Below are positions 38,106-47,488 of a stretch of DNA of 63,660 nucleotides, piece after piece. Every line of letters starts with the position of its first letter. Within the stretch, counting starts at the first letter, position 1. The stretch is from positions 1-63,660 of the forward strand of contig JBKJIE010000097.1 in assembly GCA_046598715.1 (NCBI GenBank), given 5' to 3'. Position numbers and translations under genes: made by a program. The notes beneath the pieces were generated by a model that saw only the letters and a list, made by a program, of their open reading frames with translations, had not been told where the DNA came from and did no database searches. This stretch comes from Acidimicrobiales bacterium (GTDB lineage: Bacteria > Actinomycetota > Acidimicrobiia > Acidimicrobiales > VFJN01).

Positions 38106-39326
38106 GTGCCCCTCGTCGTCCAGAAGTTCGGCGGCACGTCGGTCGCCGACCCGGAGCGCATCCGCGAGGTCGCCGACCACGTTGCCCGCACCAAGCGCCG
38201 CGGCGACGACGTCGTCGTTGTGGTCAGCGCCATGGGCAAGGAGACCGACGAGCTCCTGCGGCTCGCAGCCGAGGTCTCCAAGGTCCGTCCCGGGCGAGAG
38301 ATGGACATGCTGATCACCGCGGGCGAACGCAAGGCCACGGCCCTGCTCTGCATGGCCCTCCACGACCGCGGGGTCCCAGCCGACAGCTTCACCGGGAGCC
38401 AAGCCGGCTTCATCACCGATGGCACGCACACCAACGCGAAGATCGTCGAGCTGCGTCCCGACCGGATCCTGGAGGCGCTGGCCGAGGGCCGCACCCCCGT
38501 GGTGGGCGGCGCGCAGGGCGTCTCCAGCGACCGCAACGTGACGTTCCTTGGCCGTGGCGGATCCGACACCACCGCGGTGGCACTCGCCCACGCGCTCGAT
38601 GCGCACTCGTGCGAGCTCTACACGGATGTACCTGGCGTGTTCACGGCCGACCCCCGGCTGGTGCCCACCGCCCGCCGCATGTCGGTCGTCAGCTTCGACG
38701 AGATGCTCGAGATGACTGCGTGCGGCTGCCCGAAGCCAGCGATGCGGTCTGTCGAGTTCGCCCGCACGTGGGGCGTCCGCCTGCACGTCCGTTCAGCGTT
38801 CACCTGGGAGCCTGGCACCTGGGTGCAGGAGGAGGATCCGTCCATGGAGCAAGCCATCGTCTCGGCGGTCGTGCACGACACCTCGGAGGCGAAGGTCACC
38901 GTGAGCGGCGTGCCCGACCAGCCGGGCATCGCAGCCCGACTGTTCCGCCTGCTCGCGGATCGCGAGGTCAACGTCGACATGATCGTGCAGAACACGTCCG
39001 ATCATGGCGTCACCGACATCTCTTTCACGGTGCCCCACGAAGACCTTGCCATCGCCGAGGAGGTCACCTCGTCGTTGGCGAAGGAGGTCAGCGCCATCGG
39101 CGTGTCCAGCGATGCCGACATCGCGCGCGTGAGCCTGGTGGGCGCCGGCATGAAGTCGAACCCTGGTGTCGCCGCCCGCACCTTCGAGACGCTCGCCGCG
39201 GCGGGGATCAACATCGAGATGATCTCCACCTCCGCGATCCGCATCTCGTGCATCGTGCGAGAAGCCCAGGTCGAGGAGGCCGTGCAAGCCCTGCACCACG
39301 CCTTCGAGCTCGAGCTGCCCAGCTAA
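38106..39326 (+). CDS. lysC: Aspartate kinase
   Basis: GTG at 38106 gives VPLVVQKFGGTSVAD..., the classic N-terminus. VVVVSAMG, and tandem ACT domains at the C-terminus. The track ORF begins at 38028. Confidence 0.92.
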   Translation: MPLVVQKFGGTSVADPERIREVADHVARTKRRGDDVVVVVSAMGKETDELLRLAAEVSKVRPGREMDMLITAGERKATALLCMALHDRGVPADSFTGSQAGFITDGTHTNAKIVELRPDRILEALAEGRTPVVGGAQGVSSDRNVTFLGRGGSDTTAVALAHALDAHSCELYTDVPGVFTADPRLVPTARRMSVVSFDEMLEMTACGCPKPAMRSVEFARTWGVRLHVRSAFTWEPGTWVQEEDPSMEQAIVSAVVHDTSEAKVTVSGVPDQPGIAARLFRLLADREVNVDMIVQNTSDHGVTDISFTVPHEDLAIAEEVTSSLAKEVSAIGVSSDADIARVSLVGAGMKSNPGVAARTFETLAAAGINIEMISTSAIRISCIVREAQVEEAVQALHHAFELELPS

Positions 39327-39339
39327 GAGAGCAACACCT

Positions 39340-39384
39340 TCTGTGTGCACCCAGCCACGGATGACGTGGCTGGGTGCACACAGA
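39340..39384. repeat. REP-like palindromic element, copy 4 (perfect 20-bp arms)
   Basis: tctgtgtgcacccagccacg-gatga-cgtggctgggtgcacacaga, in the ask-asd spacer. Confidence 0.9.
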
Positions 39385-39427
39385 TGGCGCAGGAACCGCC
39401 TTGGGCGACGGCCGGCGCCCGCCGTAG

Positions 39428-40465
<1,038 letters not shown>

Positions 40466-40480
40466 CGCGCCCCCAACCCC

Positions 40481-40529
40481 GAGCTTGTGCTGCCACCGGA
40501 CCCTCAGCGTGCGTCTGCAGCACAGGCTC
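40481..40529. terminator. Stem-loop at the convergent asd / mazG-like junction
   Basis: gagcttgtgctgc pairs with gcagcacaggctc (13 bp, one G-U), with a 23-nt loop. Confidence 0.35.
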
Positions 40530-40535
40530 GGAACG

Positions 40536-40865
40536 TCAGTGCTTGCAGGTGCAGGGGACCCCGCCGCACTTCGGGCAACCCGCTTCGTAGCGAGCGGCCG
40601 CTTCGTCGAGCGACAGCCCCAGCTGCTCCGCCAACGAGGCGAGCCACGCCAGCACGTCACCGAGCTCGTGGAGCTGGTCCTCCGCGGATCCCTTGCGCAC
40701 CGCTTGGGCCAGCTCGCCCAGCTCCTCGGTGAGCCAGGCCACGGTGGCGGGCACGCCGCGCGCCCGATCCTGCTCGCCGTAGGTCAAGGCCATGAGCCGC
40801 TGCAGCTCCGTCAGCTCCACCGGAGCGACGCTAGGCGGTGGTCCGCCGGTCGCCCACGGTCGCAA
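40536..40865 (-). CDS. MazG-like nucleotide pyrophosphohydrolase domain protein with a C-terminal Cys4 tail
   Basis: WLTEELGELAQAV...ELGDVLAWL fits the MazG EExxE/D pattern. The protein ends with CPKCGGVPCTCKH. Confidence 0.8.
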   Translation of the reverse strand: MRPWATGGPPPSVAPVELTELQRLMALTYGEQDRARGVPATVAWLTEELGELAQAVRKGSAEDQLHELGDVLAWLASLAEQLGLSLDEAAARYEAGCPKCGGVPCTCKH

Positions 40866-40967
40866 TCGACGCGGCGGCGATGTTCGGGGCCTGGGCCGGG
40901 CCCGCCGCCTGACATCCGGTGCGCTGACGCACAGACGAGCGGGCCCGCCACGACCTTGAATCGCTGC

Positions 40968-42005
40968 TTACTTGCCGGACTTGCCGTGTCCACTCTTGCC
41001 AGCGGCCGCGTGGCGAGCCTGGCCGTGGGTCCGAGGGGCTGGCGCCTGCGCGCCCTCGACCTGTGTGTCATCTCCCGCGTCGGCGGCGACCGCGTCGTTC
41101 GTGGCTGGTGCGGTCTGGTCGCCGCTCGCTGCACCCTGCCCGGCGCCGGCACCGCGCGCCGTCGTGGCGCAGTCGGGCTCCTCGCCAAAGCGGGCGACGT
41201 GGGACACGTACGCGCCGTGGTTGCCGCACGCCGCATCGAAGTCGTGGATGTGGGCGGCCTCGCTCACGCTCGTGGGGATGGCGGGCGGCGCGGTCGTGGC
41301 GGCGGGGTCGACGGTCGTCCCGTCACCACCGGCCGCGGTGCCGTCGGTCCCGGCGACGGTGCCATCCGTTGTCCCGGTGCTGTCGCTGGTGCCGGTGCCA
41401 TCGGTGCTATCGGTGCTATCGGTGCTATCGGCGCTATCGGCGCTATCGGCGCTATCGGCGCTATCGGCGACCGTGCCGGTGTCGTCGGGCGCTTCGCAAC
41501 CGGTAGCCGTGGTGTCGCCAGCGGCGGGGCCGGTGCTGTCGATGCCTGCAGCGGGATCAGTGGCGTCCGCAGCGTCCGGCGATGGGTCGGCGACGGCGCC
41601 GTCGTTCGTGACGGGATCGGTCGGTGCTGGGCACGCCTCGGTCGGGGCGCCGTCGTCGCTGATCATGCGCAGCGGGGCGTTGAGCGCGCCGCTCGCTCCG
41701 AGACCGGACAGCACCAGCGCCGCGCCAGCGGCTGCCGCGACGGCCTTCGACCGCACCTGCTCCATCACGTCGTTCAGCATGTCGATGTGTCTCCTCGTCC
41801 AGTTCGGTAGCCCGGATGTCTGCGGCGCAGACCCATGGGTGTTGCTTGCTGCCGTCGCCGGCAGGTCGCCCTTGTCGCTCGTGAGACCCGCCGCGAAGAG
41901 CGCAGCCAGCTCGCGGCGGGGAGGCGGTGGAGCCGCCACCTCGAACGTCGCCCGCACCTCGGCGAGGAAGGCGGCGGTCTGCTGGTCGATCGATTCGTCG
42001 TGCAT
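40968..42005 (-). CDS. Putative membrane-anchored anti-sigma factor / low-complexity secreted protein
   Basis: It starts 17 nt after the ECF sigma stop. It has one TM helix (AVAAAAGAALVLSGLGASGAL), a D/S/T/G/A-rich repeat region and a Cys/His-containing C-terminal segment (HDFDAACGNHGAYVSHV). Confidence 0.65.
   Translation of the reverse strand: MHDESIDQQTAAFLAEVRATFEVAAPPPPRRELAALFAAGLTSDKGDLPATAASNTHGSAPQTSGLPNWTRRHIDMLNDVMEQVRSKAVAAAAGAALVLSGLGASGALNAPLRMISDDGAPTEACPAPTDPVTNDGAVADPSPDAADATDPAAGIDSTGPAAGDTTATGCEAPDDTGTVADSADSADSADSADSTDSTDSTDGTGTSDSTGTTDGTVAGTDGTAAGGDGTTVDPAATTAPPAIPTSVSEAAHIHDFDAACGNHGAYVSHVARFGEEPDCATTARGAGAGQGAASGDQTAPATNDAVAADAGDDTQVEGAQAPAPRTHGQARHAAAGKSGHGKSGK
41398..41471. 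repeat. 9-bp tandem repeat (about 8 units) inside the anti-sigma-like CDS
   Basis: tcggtgcta x3, then tcggcgcta x4, then a partial unit. It encodes (DSA)n(DST)n on the minus strand. Confidence 0.9.
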
Positions 42006-42021
42006 CTCGGCCCCGTGAACG

Positions 42022-42591
42022 TCAGGAGAGCTGTGGGGATACGGCCTCGGGCAAGATCTCCTCGAGACGACGTCGAAGCGAGGCCAGCGCCCGGTGCTGA
42101 AGGGCCTTCACCGCGCCGACGCTGCGGTCCATCGCCGTGGCCACCTCCTCGAGCGACAGGTCGGCGACGACGCGCAGCAGCAGGACATCGCGCTGATCGG
42201 GCGGGAGGAGAGCGAGCATCTGACGGGCCCGTCCGGAGGCCATCCGGGTCATAGCGTCGTCTTCGACGTCGCCGCCCGGCAGCTCGAGGCGGTCGTGCAG
42301 CGGCTGGTTGGCCCGGCGCCCCGACCGCATGCGGCGCTCGTCGATGAGCAGGTTGTGGGCGATCGTGAACACCCACGAGCGCAGCTGGGCATCGCTTCCC
42401 TCGAAGTCGCCGAGCCTCCGGAAGACGCGGAGGAAGACCTCGCCCACCGCACCCTCGGGGTCGGCGCAGCCCTGGGACTGCAGGTACCCGAGCACGGCTG
42501 GCGACAGGCTCTCGTAGAGGCGCTCGAAGGCCCATCCGGCCCCGATGCGAGCCGCGCCGACGACATCTGGATCAGGGGGGCGCGGCGCCAT
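42022..42591 (-). CDS. ECF-type RNA polymerase sigma-70 family factor
   Basis: Region 2 (FERLY...VFLRVFRRL..F...A.LRSWVFTIAHNLLIDERR) and region 4 (LPPDQRDVLLLRVVADLSLEEVA). The Met at 42591 is preferred. Confidence 0.9.
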   Translation of the reverse strand: MAPRPPDPDVVGAARIGAGWAFERLYESLSPAVLGYLQSQGCADPEGAVGEVFLRVFRRLGDFEGSDAQLRSWVFTIAHNLLIDERRMRSGRRANQPLHDRLELPGGDVEDDAMTRMASGRARQMLALLPPDQRDVLLLRVVADLSLEEVATAMDRSVGAVKALQHRALASLRRRLEEILPEAVSPQLS

Positions 42592-42714
42592 CAGGGTGTA
42601 TCGGTGAGCGGACAGCCCGGCCGTGAGCCGACCCGCCATGAAGGCACGTACGCCCCAAGGCCGCCACTGATCGCCTCGAACGACGGACGGCCGGAACTAC
42701 GAAAGACTGGTGCG

Positions 42715-43548
42715 ATGCGCTTTGGCTTCAAGACCTCGCCACAGTCCACGACGTGGGACGACATGCTCGCCGTCTGGAAGGCGGCCGATGAGATCGAGGT
42801 GTTCGAGTCGGGGTGGACGTTCGACCACTTCGAGCCGATCTTCAGCGACCGCAGCGGGCCATGCCTCGAGGGTTGGCTCACGCTCACCGCGCTGGCGCAG
42901 GCGACGAGACGCCTGCGAGTGGGGGTGCTCGTGACCGGCGTCCCGTACCGCCACCCCGCGATCCTCGCCAACATGGCTGCGACGCTCGACCAGATCTCGC
43001 ACGGACGCCTCGAGCTCGGGCTGGGCGCCGGGTGGAACACCGATGAGGCGAACGCCTACGGGATCGACCTGCTCGGCATCAAGGATCGCATGGACCGATT
43101 CGATGAGGCCTGCGACGTGATCGTCGCACTGCTCACTCAGGAGCGCTCGACGTACGCCGGCACCTACTACGCCCTCGATGAGGCCTTCTGTGAACCGAAG
43201 TCCGTCCAGCGGCCACACCCGCCGATCTGCATCGGCGGGAGCGGCGAGAAGCGCACCCTGCGCACGGTTGCCCGCGTCGCCCAGCACTGGAACTACGTCG
43301 GGGGACCTGTGGCGGAGTACGTGCGACTGAAGGACGTGCTCGCCGACCACTGCGCCTCGTTCGGTCGCGATCCCGGCGAGATCATGACGTCGGCCCATCT
43401 GCGCTTCAACCCCGACGATCCAAAGGCTGTCGCGGGCGAGGCGGAGGCGTTCGCCGAGGCCGGCCTCGACCTTGGCATCGTCTATCTGCCGCCTCCCCAC
43501 ACCCCAGCGGTTCTCGAGACGGTTGCCGAGGCCGTCACCGGGATCTGA
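42715..43548 (+). CDS. LLM-class (luciferase-like) F420-dependent oxidoreductase
   Basis: MRFGFKTSPQ...HP..LA....TLD.IS.GR.ELGLGAGW pattern. The ATG at 42715 is preferred; the upstream part of the track ORF is antisense to the sigma gene. Confidence 0.88.
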   Translation: MRFGFKTSPQSTTWDDMLAVWKAADEIEVFESGWTFDHFEPIFSDRSGPCLEGWLTLTALAQATRRLRVGVLVTGVPYRHPAILANMAATLDQISHGRLELGLGAGWNTDEANAYGIDLLGIKDRMDRFDEACDVIVALLTQERSTYAGTYYALDEAFCEPKSVQRPHPPICIGGSGEKRTLRTVARVAQHWNYVGGPVAEYVRLKDVLADHCASFGRDPGEIMTSAHLRFNPDDPKAVAGEAEAFAEAGLDLGIVYLPPPHTPAVLETVAEAVTGI

Positions 43549-43622
43549 CTGGCGCCCCCGGGGTCGTCGTGCACCGGCGACGCGGAGCAGGGGGCCGACG
43601 CAGGTCTCCTGCGGAACCGTTG

Positions 43623-43696
43623 TCGGGTGGGGGAGATTTGAACTCCCGACCTCTGCGTCCCGAACGCAGCGCTCTGCCAAGCTGAGCCACCACCCG
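43623..43696 (-). tRNA. tRNA-Pro (anticodon CGG)
   Basis: Manual cloverleaf: CGGGTGG/CCACCCG acceptor stem, GCTC/GAGC D stem, CTGCG-TTCGGGA-CGCAG anticodon arm, GGGAG-TTCAAAT-CTCCC T arm, discriminator A. 74 nt; CCA is not encoded. Confidence 0.93.
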
Positions 43697-43707
43697 GATG
43701 GGAGCGG

Positions 43708-44388
43708 TCAGGCTACCGCATCGCCTTCGGGGGCCCCCAAGCCGAACAGCCCGCGGCATGGGTCGAGGCCGATCACCTCGATGTCGGCTCGGCGATGGGC
43801 CTCCCACTCGTCTCGTTCGAGCACGTAGCGGAGCAGGCGCGTGCGCTTGCCGTTCGTCGCGTCGATCTCGTCGCCGTTGGGCCGGTAGCCCAGCTTGGTG
43901 GTGACGCCCAGCGAGGGGCCGTTGCCCTCGACGGCATCGGTCTGGGCCCGCTCCGCACCGAGACCGGCGAAGGCGAGGTGCAGCACAGCAGCGCGCATCT
44001 CGCTCCCGATGCCCCTCCCCTGGTGGGCCCGGCCCAGCCACGAGCCCGTGGTGAGGGTACGGGTGACGGCGAAGTCGTCGGCGAAGGCGCCCTGGGTGCC
44101 GACGACCTCGCCCTGGACCACCACCACCATCTCGAGGCGCCACCTCGGCGGTGACCAGTCGCCCCGGCGACCCCAGTGGTACTGGAGCACCGAGCGCTCC
44201 CGCTCACCGTCGGGCAGGAGGCTCCACGTGCCCGAGAAGGGCAGGAAGTCGGGGTCGTGGATGTCACCGGACAGGCGCGCGAGCGCCAGCAGGTCGGTGT
44301 CGATCGGATAGCGCAGCTCGAGCGCCGGCGTGCGCACCGACAGCCCGAACAGGGGCCACAGGTCGGCGAGCTCGTTCCGGTCGTCCAT
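43708..44388 (-). CDS. GNAT-family N-acetyltransferase
   Basis: The Q/RxxGxG/A motif (HQGRGIGSEM) and RimJ-like layout; 226 aa. Confidence 0.85.
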   Translation of the reverse strand: MDDRNELADLWPLFGLSVRTPALELRYPIDTDLLALARLSGDIHDPDFLPFSGTWSLLPDGERERSVLQYHWGRRGDWSPPRWRLEMVVVVQGEVVGTQGAFADDFAVTRTLTTGSWLGRAHQGRGIGSEMRAAVLHLAFAGLGAERAQTDAVEGNGPSLGVTTKLGYRPNGDEIDATNGKRTRLLRYVLERDEWEAHRRADIEVIGLDPCRGLFGLGAPEGDAVA

Positions 44389-44446
44389 GTCCTCAGGATG
44401 GCAGCCGACGACAGCCGCCGCCGAGCGAGTTGTCAGACGAGCTGAC

Positions 44447-44854
44447 TCACACGGGGGCGGGATCGCCAGCGAGGATCGCGGTGGCGGCGCGGCGAAGCCG
44501 GAAGGCGTCGAGCGGCTTGACTACCCAGCCCTCGGCACCGGAGCGGCGGGCCAGCTGGACGTCGGCGGCTCGGTCGAGCAGCAGCAGCACCGGCACCTCA
44601 GGCAGGCGCCCCTCCCCCGCCTCGGCGCGCAGGTGGAGGCATGCGGCGATCCCGCCCATGTTCCCGATCTGCAGGTCGAGCACCACGAGATCGGGCTCGA
44701 GCTCGGCGACGGCGTCGCCCACGGCGAACCCTGAGCGAACCCGCACGACCGACGTCGACTCGTCGGCCAACGCGGCCTCGACCTCGTCGAAGACGGCATC
44801 AGCATCTGTGGCGATCAGGACCTCCGGCACGGCGGGCACGCTAGTGGGTGCCAC
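44447..44854 (-). CDS. Single-domain response regulator (receiver only)
   Basis: Acidic pocket (ATDAD), phospho-acceptor context DLVVLDLQ and the conserved Lys context VVKPLD. No output domain. Confidence 0.8.
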   Translation of the reverse strand: MAPTSVPAVPEVLIATDADAVFDEVEAALADESTSVVRVRSGFAVGDAVAELEPDLVVLDLQIGNMGGIAACLHLRAEAGEGRLPEVPVLLLLDRAADVQLARRSGAEGWVVKPLDAFRLRRAATAILAGDPAPV

Positions 44855-44930
44855 CGAACCGGCTCCATCCCGCGGCGGCTGGCATGGCTACGATCGCCCC
44901 GACGCCGACAACCGCCCCCTTGGAGGACGC

Positions 44931-45278
44931 GTGCTCGACATCGCTGTAGAAGACGCCCCGGAGTACACGTTGTGCCGCCCCGTCGGGGAGCTCGACGCCT
45001 ACACGGTCAGCCAGTTCCGGGAGGCCTTGGGCGCCCTGGCCAACAAGCCGCACCTGGTGATCGACCTGTCCGGGGTGCCGTTCATGGACTCGGCCGGTCT
45101 CGGCGCGCTGATCGGCGGCATCCGCCGGGCCCGAGAGGCCGGCGGCGATGTCGCGGTGGCCTGCAGCCGCCCCACGCTCACCCGCTTGCTCCACACCACC
45201 GGCTTCGACCGCATCGTCAGCGTCACCGAGACCGTCGAGGACGCCGCCGCCGCCCTCGCCGACCCGCGCCCCGTCTGA
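44931..45278 (+). CDS. STAS-domain anti-sigma factor antagonist
   Basis: GTG at 44931 lies 3 nt after GGAGGA. VIDLSGVPFMDSAGLGALIG carries the phosphorylatable Ser context. Confidence 0.85.
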   Translation: MLDIAVEDAPEYTLCRPVGELDAYTVSQFREALGALANKPHLVIDLSGVPFMDSAGLGALIGGIRRAREAGGDVAVACSRPTLTRLLHTTGFDRIVSVTETVEDAAAALADPRPV

Positions 45279-45339
45279 GCCCACAACGTCTCTGCAGCGC
45301 CACGCTCGCCAGGTGGACGTGCGCCTTCAATGTCGATTG

Positions 45340-46449
45340 CTAGCGGAGGTACTCCGCCACCTTCTCTAGGCCAGCGAGGTCGTGGACGTCGGTGCTGAGG
45401 AACGGCACGCGCACGATCGGTGCGGGAGCGACCGCCTCCGCTAGTCCGGCCAGGTGCTCCTCCTCGCGTGAGGCCACCAGCTGGAAGTCAGCCAGGTTGC
45501 GGTAGAGACCACCGAGGTCGGTGCCCTCGAGCGTGCGGGCCCGCTCCCGGGTGGCCTCGGCCAAGCCCTTGCCGAAGCGCGGGTGCATCCGGTTGACGAT
45601 GAGCGCCCGCACCGCGATGCCGGCCTCGGCGAGCTTCTCGGCGAAGTAGCGGGCCTCCTCGATGGTGTCGCGGCGCGGCGAGGCCACGAGCACGAACGCG
45701 GTGTCGTCGTCGGACAGCAGCTCGAGGACTGCCGCCGAGCGCTGCCGAAAGCCCTCCTCCATCCCTTCGAAGGCTTGGAAGAAGGCCACGGCATCGTCGA
45801 TCACCTCGGCCCCGACGACCTTGGCCACCGTGCGCAAGAAGGCCTGCGCGGCCACGTTCACGGCCTTGGCGATCCCCCGGCCCGGTGACGTGATCATCCG
45901 GAACAGCCGATGGTCGAGGAACCGCGACAACCGCCGGGGCGCATCGATGAAGTCGAGGGCGTTGCGAGTGGGCGGCGTGTCGACCACCACGAGGTCGAAG
46001 TCGGTGCGTTGGTGCAGCTCGTAGAGCTTCTCCATCGCCATGTACTCCTGGGTGCCCGACAGCGCTCCGGAGATGTTGCGGTAGAAGCGGTTCTGCAGGA
46101 TGCGCTGGCCCTGCTCGGGGGACGATGCGTTGGCCACCACGAGGTCGTCGAAGGTGCTCTTCGTGTCGAGCATGAGCGCCCAGAGCTCGCCGGGCCAGTC
46201 GCCGTCGATCTTGCTGGGGGTGCCCGTGAGCCCCTCCAGTCCGAGCGCATCAGCGAGCCGCTTGGCAGGGTCGATCGTGACGACGACCGCACGGCGGCCC
46301 GCCTTCGCGGCCTCGAGGGCCAGCACCGCGGCCGTTGTGGTCTTGCCCACGCCGCCCGAGCCGCAGCAGACGAGGATTCGGCGCTGCTGCACCAGCTCGC
46401 GCAGGCTCGGCGCGGGGGCGGCGGCAGCGGCCCTGGAATCGACGACCAT
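45340..46449 (-). CDS. ArsA-family (anion-transporting ATPase-like) protein, subunit 2
   Basis: CGSGGVGKTTTAA P-loop, TIDPAKRL and VVVDTPPT. The Met at 46449 is preferred; the 745-aa track ORF is a false fusion. Confidence 0.88.
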   Translation of the reverse strand: MVVDSRAAAAAPAPSLRELVQQRRILVCCGSGGVGKTTTAAVLALEAAKAGRRAVVVTIDPAKRLADALGLEGLTGTPSKIDGDWPGELWALMLDTKSTFDDLVVANASSPEQGQRILQNRFYRNISGALSGTQEYMAMEKLYELHQRTDFDLVVVDTPPTRNALDFIDAPRRLSRFLDHRLFRMITSPGRGIAKAVNVAAQAFLRTVAKVVGAEVIDDAVAFFQAFEGMEEGFRQRSAAVLELLSDDDTAFVLVASPRRDTIEEARYFAEKLAEAGIAVRALIVNRMHPRFGKGLAEATRERARTLEGTDLGGLYRNLADFQLVASREEEHLAGLAEAVAPAPIVRVPFLSTDVHDLAGLEKVAEYLR

Positions 46450-47423
46450 CACACCACCTCCGGCAGGCGCTCGACCTCGGCCAGGAGCCGGTCGGCGAGG
46501 AGGTCGAGCTCTGCGGGCCCGATCTCGGTGGTGAACACGAACGGAAGGCGGATCTGCTCCAGCGGCAGCTGCTCGGCCAGCCGGGCCACCTGCTCCACCT
46601 GCAGCTCGGTGCGATCGGCCCGGAAGGCCGCGGCGGCGGCGAGCACCTCGGCCTCGCCCTTGCGCAGCGTCGAGCCGGCGACAGTGGCGGCGACTGCGGG
46701 ATCGGCGTGCACACCAGCGACGTCGTCGTAGAGACCGTTGACAACAACGGGTCCGAGGCCCACGCCCACGCGGTCCTCGAGGCTGAAGGCCGTGTCGACG
46801 AGCTCGTTGACGGGGGTCTCCTCCGGCAGCGTGACGAGCATCACGCGGCAGCGCTCGTGGTCGGTCAGCATCTCGAGCACCTCCCTCGCCTGCGCGTTGA
46901 TCGGACCCACCCGGACGGTATCGAGCAGTGCCCGAGCCGCTTGGAGGAACGTGATGGCATGGCCGGCGGCGGGCGCGTCGAGGATGACCAGGTCGGCCTC
47001 GCCCGCCCGCTCGAGCTGCTTCACCTTGCCGAGGATGAGGATGTCCTTGATGCCAGGCGCAGCGGTGGACACCACGTCGAGCGCACCTGAGGACACCAGG
47101 CGCTTGGAGATGCGTGACAACCCGTGGTCGCGCAGGTAGTCGAGCAGTGCCTCGTCCGGGGTGAGCGTGCGGGCCCGCACGTCGCCCTCGCCTCCCGGCC
47201 CGCCCCCGGCCGAGAGCGTGGCCTCGTCGTACTCGAGCTGCCCCTGGCCGTACATCGAGGCGAGGCCCGACTTGCCCTCCACCTCGATCACCAGGGCAGA
47301 CAGGCCCGCGCGCGCAGCGGCGCGGGCCAACGTGGCGCTCACCACGGTTTTGCCCACACCGCCCTTCCCGGCAACGATGACCAGCCGAGATGCAGCAAAG
47401 AAGCGAGCGGGATCCAGAAGCAA
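46449..47423 (-). CDS. ArsA-family (anion-transporting ATPase-like) protein, subunit 1
   Basis: AGKGGVGKT P-loop and LVILDAPAAGHA. A 1-nt overlap (TGATG) with the downstream paralogue. Confidence 0.88.
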   Translation of the reverse strand: MLLDPARFFAASRLVIVAGKGGVGKTVVSATLARAAARAGLSALVIEVEGKSGLASMYGQGQLEYDEATLSAGGGPGGEGDVRARTLTPDEALLDYLRDHGLSRISKRLVSSGALDVVSTAAPGIKDILILGKVKQLERAGEADLVILDAPAAGHAITFLQAARALLDTVRVGPINAQAREVLEMLTDHERCRVMLVTLPEETPVNELVDTAFSLEDRVGVGLGPVVVNGLYDDVAGVHADPAVAATVAGSTLRKGEAEVLAAAAAFRADRTELQVEQVARLAEQLPLEQIRLPFVFTTEIGPAELDLLADRLLAEVERLPEVV

Positions 47424-47488
47424 CCTTCCTGGCCGGGGCCTCCCCGGTCCAACCGACCCGTAGCCGGACGGGTCTGAGGCTATCCAGG

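Noticed and set aside
41398-41471. Possible CRISPR-like or minisatellite array.
   Set aside because: The units are 9 bp, contiguous and without spacers. They lie in frame inside a CDS. This is a coding tandem repeat, not a CRISPR array.
42695-42717. A GGAAC motif upstream of the LLM oxidoreductase, considered as an ECF-type -35 element for the neighbouring sigma factor.
   Set aside because: The only CG-rich -10-like candidate, 15 nt downstream, overlaps the ATG. That would place the transcription start inside the coding region. No matching motif was found upstream of the sigma gene itself.
43549-44388. tRNA-Pro as a possible integration hotspot with an adjacent island.
   Set aside because: No integrase, excisionase or phage/plasmid genes flank it. 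I saw no direct repeat of the tRNA 3' end. The neighbours (LLM oxidoreductase, GNAT) have the same composition as the rest of the window.
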